From: Chloroflexota bacterium
GTDB taxonomy: Bacteria; Chloroflexota; UBA11872; VXNJ01
Length of the DNA: 64,000 bases
Direction of reading: 5' to 3'
Assembly: GCA_965261345.1 (NCBI GenBank)
Contig: OZ253449.1
Coordinates: forward strand, 2,144,001-2,208,000
Positions 58,001 through 64,000 of this stretch are shown one piece after another. A program made the position numbers and the translations under genes. The stretch's first letter is position 1, and the number at the start of each line of letters is the position of its first letter. The notes below the pieces were generated by a model, which saw nothing but the letters and a program-made list of their open reading frames with translations, made no database searches and was not told the origin of the DNA.

Positions 58001-59203
58001 GGCTCGCACGATCGCACCGCATTCGAGCACATCGTCGCGCGAAGTGGGCAACAGGCGTCCCTTGGGAACTAGGCCGATGGCGTGACCGGAGCGGCCGATG
58101 CGCTGCAGAAAGGTGGCGATCGAACGCGGCGATCCGATCTGTAGGACCAGGTCTATGTGCCCAATATCGATGCCCAACTCAAGCGAGGCGGTCGCCACCA
58201 GGGCGCGCAGCTGACCGTCCTTTAGTTGCTGCTCGACCCTGAGGCGGCGTTCCTTGGCCAACGAGCCGTGGTGACTGGCAACGACTTCCTCCCCCAGTCG
58301 CTGCGAAAGATTGAAGGCCACCCGTTCCGACAGCGACCGGGTATTTACAAAAACCAGAGTGGTGCGATGGGCAGAGACCAGGTCGGCCACCCGGGCGTAG
58401 AGGGCAGCCATGTATTCGCCGGAGGCAACTGCTCCAAGCTCGACATCCATCACCTCGACCGCCAGGTCGATCTCGCGTTGGTGGCCAAAGTCCAGGATCT
58501 GGCAGGGGTGCGGTTGGCCCCGGTGGTATCCGCTGAGAAAACGGGCGATCGCCGGTAACGGTTTCTGGGTGGCCGAAAGGCCGATCCGCTGGGGACGATA
58601 GCCCAAATGGGCGTCCAGGCGTGCCAGTGACAGCGCCAGGTGAGAGCCGCGACGGTCGCGGGCCAGGGCGTGGATCTCGTCCACGATTACCGATTGGACC
58701 CCGGCAAGGGCCTTGCGCCCGCGCACCGATCCAAGTAGAAGGTAGAGCGATTCAGGCGTAGTTACCAGGATGTGCGGCGGGCGGCGGTAGATCGCTTCGC
58801 GTTGCGATTGGGTCGAATCGCCGGTGCGCACGGCGACTCGGATCTCGCCCATGACACCGCCGAGTGGGTCGTCGCTGTCCCGCATTTCAGCCAGCGGCTG
58901 GCGCAGATTGCGCGAAATGTCATTGGATAGGGCTTTGAGCGGAGATACGTAGACGATCGCGATCGCGTCGTCGTCGTGGGTGCGCCGCGCCAGCGTGTCA
59001 ATCCCCCACAGAAATGCCGCCAGGGTTTTGCCGGACCCGGTCGGGGCAGCCAGCAGCACATCCGATCCCTTAGCAATGGCTGGCCAGGCGGCGGCCTGGC
59101 CGGGGGTGGGGCCGGCAAAATTGCGATCGAACCAGTCAATGACTGCCGGGTGCGAGAAGAATTGGGCAGCTTTGCCGGGGTTGCCGCCGCAGGTGTCGGC
59201 CAA
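55007..59203 (-). CDS. lhr: ATP-dependent Lhr family helicase
   Basis: APTGSGKT, SPLKAL, DEIH, SAT, HHGS, LELGID and QRIGRSGH motifs; C-terminal RGGRFV winged helix. Confidence 0.93.
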   Translation of the reverse strand: MADTCGGNPGKAAQFFSHPAVIDWFDRNFAGPTPGQAAAWPAIAKGSDVLLAAPTGSGKTLAAFLWGIDTLARRTHDDDAIAIVYVSPLKALSNDISRNLRQPLAEMRDSDDPLGGVMGEIRVAVRTGDSTQSQREAIYRRPPHILVTTPESLYLLLGSVRGRKALAGVQSVIVDEIHALARDRRGSHLALSLARLDAHLGYRPQRIGLSATQKPLPAIARFLSGYHRGQPHPCQILDFGHQREIDLAVEVMDVELGAVASGEYMAALYARVADLVSAHRTTLVFVNTRSLSERVAFNLSQRLGEEVVASHHGSLAKERRLRVEQQLKDGQLRALVATASLELGIDIGHIDLVLQIGSPRSIATFLQRIGRSGHAIGLVPKGRLLPTSRDDVLECGAIVRAVGEGTLDRIVQPAHPLDVLAQHVVAETAAQSWQEDELFALFADAGGFADLHRSDFDRVLTMLADGLGEGGGRGYPLIHRDQINGSIRGRRAARMVAATNAGTIPEQGDYLVVAEPDGAVIGSVNEDFAIESMAGDIFILGTNSWRILRVESGRVRVADAHGAAPTIPFWLGEGLGRTPELSHQVSRLRADLAAAIDADQGARHQLAAECGLTEAALTLLVEYVGATCDGLGMVPTDRDVVFERFFDEAGGMQLVVHAPFGQRITRAWGLALRKRFCVRFDFELQAAANDNCILLSLGPQHSFPLEESFGYVTAANARPALRQAILYTPLFPTRWRWNATRALFVRRFQHGRRVPPPIQRMRADDLLAAVFPEQVGCQENVTGPLEIPDHVLVEQTVNDCLFEAHDIEGLEAILREIEGGRIRLHARDVTEPSPMSHEIINGRPFTFLDDAPLEERRSRAVQLRQVLPAHQRDLGALDAAAIEQVCKEIAPSPANPDELHELLVGLVVIRAGELEIFGELMDALVAQNRARRLQLNGICYWHASEAGALVAALFPEARVDLAGIPPAALIDVESPDAARIRAVRGHSEIWGPVTATEVAEHSGFSPADARIGLAQLEAQGHLLRGRFRPDRPDTEEFCDRQLLARIHRRTRARLRSEIEPVTRQDYLRFLLDWQYMGLNTQLRGRAGLRQAIGRLQGYEAPARSWESSLLPARVSDYQPAWLDELCLSGEAMWLRLSLPGNLGDGPRRRSANRATRIALFPRRQLPLLLPSARGEGDPAAGLTAGTLELLALMRLHGALFFEDLIARSGRLPEDVERRLLELVAAGLVNSDGFASIRALANRPLARRLRRHNYSGRRQGLLNDAWPPGRWAAIDVPAPSTTSKDELLEGIANVLLQRYGVVFREIAARERWRLPWRLLLRVLRRLEARGQVRGGRFVGGLTGEQFALPEALDALRRLRRQAAGKQRAPGDDDPANLADYLARSHAQLYRDNDSESSPS

Positions 59204-59266
59204 GGTTGGCTACCTATTGCTGTTTGCTATATATACGATAACCTGCCGCCTAATACAGTTGCGACC

Positions 59267-60442
59267 CTAGCCAATCGAAATTTGGTTTTGGGAAATAAAG
59301 TCCTCGTTTAACTCCCAACCGAAACCGGGGCCATCACCAAGGGTGATGTAGCCGTCGACCGGCCGCGGTTCGTTGCGCAGGGCTCCCCAGATCAATGAAT
59401 TCCCGGTGAGCGGCTCGCGCTGCGGGAAGTACTCACCGATCGGGCAGCAGGTCTTGGCGGTAATGAGGTGATATGAATGCAGCCAACCCTGATGCGGACA
59501 GACCGCGCGCGAATGGGCCGCCGCCAGCGCGCAGATGCGCAGCATCTCGGTGTACCCGCCGACCCGGTTGGTGTCGGGTTGGAGGTAGTCCACTCCGGCG
59601 TCGATGAAGGCCTGGTAATCAAAACGGGTGCGGCCGTGTTCACCGGCCGCGATCGGGATCGGCCCGTAGTCAACCAGGCGGGCGTGGCCGTCGATATCGT
59701 CGGGGGTCAGCGGTTCTTCTAGCCAGGCAATATCGTAGCGGGCGATCGCATCGATCATCTTCTTGGCATAGGTCACGTCCCACTGCATGTGGGCATCAAC
59801 CATCAGCTGCACATCGGGGCCGATCGCGTTGCGGATCTCCTTGATGACCTCGACCTCGCGGCGAAAGCCCACCGATCCGTGCGCGGGCCCGAGCGAGCAG
59901 AAATATTTCATGGCTCTGTACCCGTCAGCCGCGTCGGCGCGGGCGCGCTCGATCGTCTTGGCCAACCCAAAGTTGTTGCGCAGCAGACTCATGTAAACCG
60001 GTACGCGTGCCTTACTCTTGCCGCCGATGAGGTTGTAGACCGGCTGGTTGCAGGCCTTGGCCAGGATGTCCCATAGGGCCAGGTCGATGCCCGACATCGC
60101 CATGATGACCGCTCCGCGGAGCCCGTACTGCTGGCTCTGGTGGTACATGTGGTCCCAGATCGCCTCGATTTGCAGCGGATCGCGGCCGATCAGCAGCGGA
60201 GCCAGATGGGCGGTTATGACCGGTTCGGCGGCGGTGTTGAATCCGCCGACGGTGCCGATCCCGGCGATGCCGGCATCGGTTTTGATCTCAACGACGGTTA
60301 GGGCGGCCGGTTCGGGGTGGGTAAACGACCCATCCCGGAACGGTCCGGTCCCACCCAGGGCGCTGGGCGGCGGCGGGTCATAGAGGGGTCGTGAACTTTC
60401 AGTCGTGCCGAGGGTCCGAGCTGAAATTGCGGTGATTTTCAT
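59267..60442 (-). CDS. Mandelate racemase/acid-sugar dehydratase family (L-rhamnonate dehydratase-like)
   Basis: SGIDLALWD, VDAH, EEP, GEH, QPD and EYFP motifs. Confidence 0.85.
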   Translation of the reverse strand: MKITAISARTLGTTESSRPLYDPPPPSALGGTGPFRDGSFTHPEPAALTVVEIKTDAGIAGIGTVGGFNTAAEPVITAHLAPLLIGRDPLQIEAIWDHMYHQSQQYGLRGAVIMAMSGIDLALWDILAKACNQPVYNLIGGKSKARVPVYMSLLRNNFGLAKTIERARADAADGYRAMKYFCSLGPAHGSVGFRREVEVIKEIRNAIGPDVQLMVDAHMQWDVTYAKKMIDAIARYDIAWLEEPLTPDDIDGHARLVDYGPIPIAAGEHGRTRFDYQAFIDAGVDYLQPDTNRVGGYTEMLRICALAAAHSRAVCPHQGWLHSYHLITAKTCCPIGEYFPQREPLTGNSLIWGALRNEPRPVDGYITLGDGPGFGWELNEDFISQNQISIG

Positions 60443-60454
60443 AGCGTCCGCCGC

Positions 60455-60868
60455 CTACTCGTTGCTGCCGGTCTGGCGGTCGCTGGCGGAGAGGTGCTTG
60501 AACGTTTTTCCGCTGTCGGCCACGGTCCGGGTCACGTCGGCGCTGCCATACATCCACAGGATCCGCATCTGCCCGACGCCGCTGTTGTAGAAGCGGTGCG
60601 GGACCCCGGCGGGAATCCAGGAAGTCGACCAGGTCCGCACCGGCAGTTCCTCGCTATCGATTACCGCGGTTCCCTCGCCCTCGATCACGGTCACGCATTC
60701 CTCAACGTTATGGGAGTGCATCACCACTCCACCACCCGGCGGAAACACGGTCATACCGGTGGCCATTTCCACGGCCCCAGACCAGTCGCCAAAGAAGGGC
60801 AGGGTTGTGATTCCGCCACCGCGGGTTACCGCGGCGACGTCGTCTGGATGGGTCAATTTGCCACGCAT
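60455..60868 (-). CDS. Cupin domain protein (paralog B)
   Basis: HSHNVEE and PAGVPH motifs. Confidence 0.85.
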   Translation of the reverse strand: MRGKLTHPDDVAAVTRGGGITTLPFFGDWSGAVEMATGMTVFPPGGGVVMHSHNVEECVTVIEGEGTAVIDSEELPVRTWSTSWIPAGVPHRFYNSGVGQMRILWMYGSADVTRTVADSGKTFKHLSASDRQTGSNE

Positions 60869-60934
60869 TGGCTTTGGTGATCCTTCGGATATGGAACTGA
60901 TTTGTTGCCGGACTATTACAGTTTGCCGGCCCGG

Positions 60935-61948
60935 CTAGGGTTTTTGCGGTGGCAAGCCCACCTTGCGTTCTTCGCGCGCCGACTCTCTAAGCGCGTCGAG
61001 CACCCGGGCCTGGGCGATCGCGTCGGCGTGGTCGAAGGGCAGGGCGGCAGTGCCCTGGATCGCGTCGGCCATCGCATCGAATTCGGCGCGATATACCAGG
61101 TCGGCGGGAAAGCGTTCTATCCGCTCGGTGTTACTGCCGTGACGGCGTAACCGAATGGCGCCCGGTTCGCGAGCCGAGACAACAAATTGGTCGATGAACA
61201 GGCTGCCTTCGGATCCCACCAATTCGATCTGCTGGGTGGCCGAGTCCTCGATTGAATAGGCGATCAGTCCGGTCGACCGATCGGGGAACTCAAGAATTCC
61301 AGATCCAGACATATCGACCTCAAATTCAGGGTCGTACTTCATCGAGGAAAGCACCGCGACCGGTTCCTGGCCGCTTAGGAACCGGCAGGCCGCAACCGTA
61401 TAGCAACCGGCATCAGCCAGCGCGCCGCCGGCAAGATCGGGGCGGTGGCGAATATTGCGCGGACTGCGCGGAATGTTGAACGAAAACGAGGCGGTGATTC
61501 GCCAGGGACGCCCGACCTCGCCGGCCGCGATCAGCTCGCGGGCGCGAAGATTGCGCTCGGCAAAGCGAAACATGAATGCCTCGCACAACAGCACATTTGC
61601 CTCGGCGCAGGTCGCTGCCATCGCGGCGGCCTGGTCGGCGTCGTCGCCGAGCGGCTTCTCGCAGAGGCTGTGCTTGCCCGCTGCGGCGGTCTTTACGACC
61701 CACTCGGCGTGCAGCCCGTTGGGCAGGGCGTTGTAGACGACGTCAATCTGGGGGTCCGCGAGCAACTCCTGATACGACCCGTAGGCGCGTGGAATCTGAT
61801 GTCGATCGGCGTAGGCGCGGGCGGCAGCCAGGCTGCGACTTGCCACGGCAACCGGCTCGACCTTCTCCGATCCCAGGATTTCCGGACTTACCCGGGTCGA
61901 ATAGTTAAGTGAGGTGGAAAGCACCCCAACGCGGATTTTTCGGGGCAT
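60935..61948 (-). CDS. Gfo/Idh/MocA oxidoreductase (aldose/xylose dehydrogenase-like)
   Basis: ASRS, LPNGLH, CEKP and GGALADAGCY motifs. Confidence 0.87.
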   Translation of the reverse strand: MPRKIRVGVLSTSLNYSTRVSPEILGSEKVEPVAVASRSLAAARAYADRHQIPRAYGSYQELLADPQIDVVYNALPNGLHAEWVVKTAAAGKHSLCEKPLGDDADQAAAMAATCAEANVLLCEAFMFRFAERNLRARELIAAGEVGRPWRITASFSFNIPRSPRNIRHRPDLAGGALADAGCYTVAACRFLSGQEPVAVLSSMKYDPEFEVDMSGSGILEFPDRSTGLIAYSIEDSATQQIELVGSEGSLFIDQFVVSAREPGAIRLRRHGSNTERIERFPADLVYRAEFDAMADAIQGTAALPFDHADAIAQARVLDALRESAREERKVGLPPQKP

Positions 61949-62141
61949 GGCGCCTCGCAGGGTAATTTTGGGAAACGTTTTTGGGCAAGCTCACTGCCCG
62001 GCCACATTTTTGCGCATGAGCCGCGGCAGTTCCATCATGTTTGGCCGGGATCGCCGGGCGGGCCGATGGCCGGCGGCCAATAAAATTGCGTTCGGGAGGG
62101 ATTTGCCCCTTCGACCGTCCGTATCGATTAAGGATGCCCGC

Positions 62142-63665
62142 TTGCAGATCATGGTCAGTTCGGGTGATATCACCAGATCGCCTGCCGACACCATCATCGT
62201 CAATCTCTTTGCCGGGGTAACCGATCCGGGCGGCGCAACCGGCGCGGTCGATCGCCGACTCGGCGGCCAGATCGCCAGCGTGATCGCGCTGGGAGATTTC
62301 AGCGGCCAAGCCAACAAGGTATTGACGCTGTATCCGGGAGCGCAGTTGGCGGCCGACCGAATCATCGTCGTGGGCCTCGGCGATCGCGAAAGGTATTCAG
62401 CCGAGATTGCCGCCCAAGCCGCCGCGGCCGGAGTTGGGGCGGCCGAAAGCGCCGGCGCCAAACGGATTGCCACTATCGCCTTCGGCGCCGGGACCGGCGG
62501 TTTCGGGGTTGCCGAAGCGGCTGAATCCACCGCCCTGGGCGCACGGCTGGCGACCTACCGCTTTGATAAATACAAGACGATCGCGAGCGATGACGATCCC
62601 AAAAACCGGATCGAACAGGTCGAACTGATCGAGGCTGATCCGGAAAAATTGGCTCAACTTGAATCCGGCGTGGCGATTGGCAATGCCTTGGCCGACGGGA
62701 TAATTCTGGCCCGAAATCTGCAAAACAGCCCGCCCAATCACATGACCCCGAGCGCGATCGCCGAAGCGGCGATCGAGATGTCGCGGCGCGAGGAGATCTC
62801 CTGCTCGACCCTAAACCAGGACCAGATGCGCGAAGCCGGGATGGGATCGCTGCTGGCGGTTGCCCAGGGATCAGACCAACCGCCCCACCTCATAACCATG
62901 GTCTACGAGCCAGCCGGCCCGGCGATCGGTACGCTGGCGGTGGTCGGCAAGGGTGTCTCGTTCGACACCGGGGGAATTTCGATAAAACCCAGCGCCCGGA
63001 TGGAGGAGATGAAATTCGACATGTCGGGGGCGGCTGCGGCGATCGGGACGATGCTGGCGGTCGCTCGCCTCAAGCCCGATCTCAAGGTCGTGGGTATCGT
63101 TCCCACGGTTGAAAACATGCCATCGGCACGGGCACTACGGCCTTCGGACGTTGTAACCGCCGCCAACGGCAAGACGGTGGAGGTCATATCGACCGACGCC
63201 GAGGGACGGATGATCCTGGCCGACGCGCTCTGTCATGCGCAGACGTTTGAGCCCGATGCGATCGTCGACCTGGCCACCCTGACCGGTGCCGTGATCATCG
63301 CCTTGGGACACTTTGCCACCGGCATGATGGTCACCAATCCGGAATTGGCCGATCGGCTCTCGGCGGCCGGCCTGAAAGTGGACGAGCGGGTCTGGGAGCT
63401 GCCATTGTGGGACGAATACGAGGAGAACATCAAGGCTAAGACTGGAGACCTGGACAACACCGGCGGCCGCGCGGCTGGGACGATTAACGGCGGAATGTTT
63501 CTCAAACACTTTGTCGGCGATTACCCGTTCGCGCATCTCGACATCGCTGGGACTGCCTGGGAGGGCAAGAAGACCCCGCTCTGGCAGGGCGGCGGTAAAG
63601 GCGTCGGGGTCCGTCTGATCACCCAGTTGGTGCGTGACTGGGCCGGACCGCTCGCGCGCGGCTAG
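62142..63665 (+). CDS. pepA: Leucyl aminopeptidase (M17)
   Basis: GKGVSFDTGG, MKFDM, TDAEGR and HLDIAG motifs; TTG 62142 follows AAGGA. Confidence 0.93.
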   Translation: MQIMVSSGDITRSPADTIIVNLFAGVTDPGGATGAVDRRLGGQIASVIALGDFSGQANKVLTLYPGAQLAADRIIVVGLGDRERYSAEIAAQAAAAGVGAAESAGAKRIATIAFGAGTGGFGVAEAAESTALGARLATYRFDKYKTIASDDDPKNRIEQVELIEADPEKLAQLESGVAIGNALADGIILARNLQNSPPNHMTPSAIAEAAIEMSRREEISCSTLNQDQMREAGMGSLLAVAQGSDQPPHLITMVYEPAGPAIGTLAVVGKGVSFDTGGISIKPSARMEEMKFDMSGAAAAIGTMLAVARLKPDLKVVGIVPTVENMPSARALRPSDVVTAANGKTVEVISTDAEGRMILADALCHAQTFEPDAIVDLATLTGAVIIALGHFATGMMVTNPELADRLSAAGLKVDERVWELPLWDEYEENIKAKTGDLDNTGGRAAGTINGGMFLKHFVGDYPFAHLDIAGTAWEGKKTPLWQGGGKGVGVRLITQLVRDWAGPLARG

Positions 63666-63682
63666 GTCCGGCCAGCCCACCG

Positions 63683-64000
63683 GTGAAATCGATTTCGGTC
63701 CAGTGGACGCCCGAGGTGACGATAACCGAGGCCCGGGCGGTCATCGAGGGTGTGGCCGACGCGCTTGAGCACGCCTTCCTACTGGCGGCCGACAGTGGGA
63801 TCGGGCTGGCCCGCCCGCACCTGCGTCCGCTCGGAACCTGGCACATTCCTTCAGTGGACCGCGACACTCCGTACTGGTCCACGCAGTATTACATCGAGCA
63901 GAGCCTGGACGAGATCTCGGGAATCATCGACGGACGCCGATTTATCGAAATCATCCGCCAGGAACCCTGGCAACAAATGGGTGCCCATTACGACCTGGCG
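63683..64000 (+). CDS. Hypothetical protein, N-terminal part (runs off window)
   Basis: GTG 63683 opens a stop-free frame with GC-rich third positions to the window end (MKSISVQW...EPWQQMGAHYDLA). Confidence 0.7.
   Translation, partial: MKSISVQWTPEVTITEARAVIEGVADALEHAFLLAADSGIGLARPHLRPLGTWHIPSVDRDTPYWSTQYYIEQSLDEISGIIDGRRFIEIIRQEPWQQMGAHYDLA

Noticed and set aside
61914-62141. N-terminal extension of pepA in the ORF track
   Set aside because: Overlaps the divergent gene; the RBS and homology support TTG 62142.
1-64000. CRISPR array, IS elements, rRNA
   Set aside because: No regularly spaced repeats, transposase motifs or rRNA-like sequence observed.

Overview
High-GC bacterial chromosomal window, probably Chloroflexota. 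This is an inference from the secreted-protein N-domain, the Val/Glu-rich Tat-lipoprotein linker and the overall gene content. Core genes: ribF (partial), fabZ, an enoyl-ACP reductase, secE-nusG-rplK-rplA-rplJ-rplL, cysK, murJ, ndk, acnA, sucCD, mdh, a three-gene Sdh1-type succinate dehydrogenase, lhr and pepA. There are five tRNA genes: Thr-CGT, Ser-TGA, Ser-GCT, Thr-GGT and Arg-TCT. Two carbohydrate-catabolic blocks are present: transketolase-like pair/SBP/SDRs, and an iolDEG inositol cluster with sulfatase, cupins, an RraA-like aldolase and an acid-sugar dehydratase. No integrase, transposase or CRISPR array was seen. Most notable: (1) an intact, translationally coupled SdhA/SdhB-like pair inside the sucCD-mdh operon that has lost all succinate-catalytic residues and all [2Fe-2S] and [3Fe-4S] ligands, yet keeps exactly the four [4Fe-4S] ligands, 4 kb from a normal Sdh; (2) an active-site-variant enolase paired with an APH-like kinase, near an active-site-variant split transketolase; (3) murJ with no canonical start codon before its conserved N-terminal helix.
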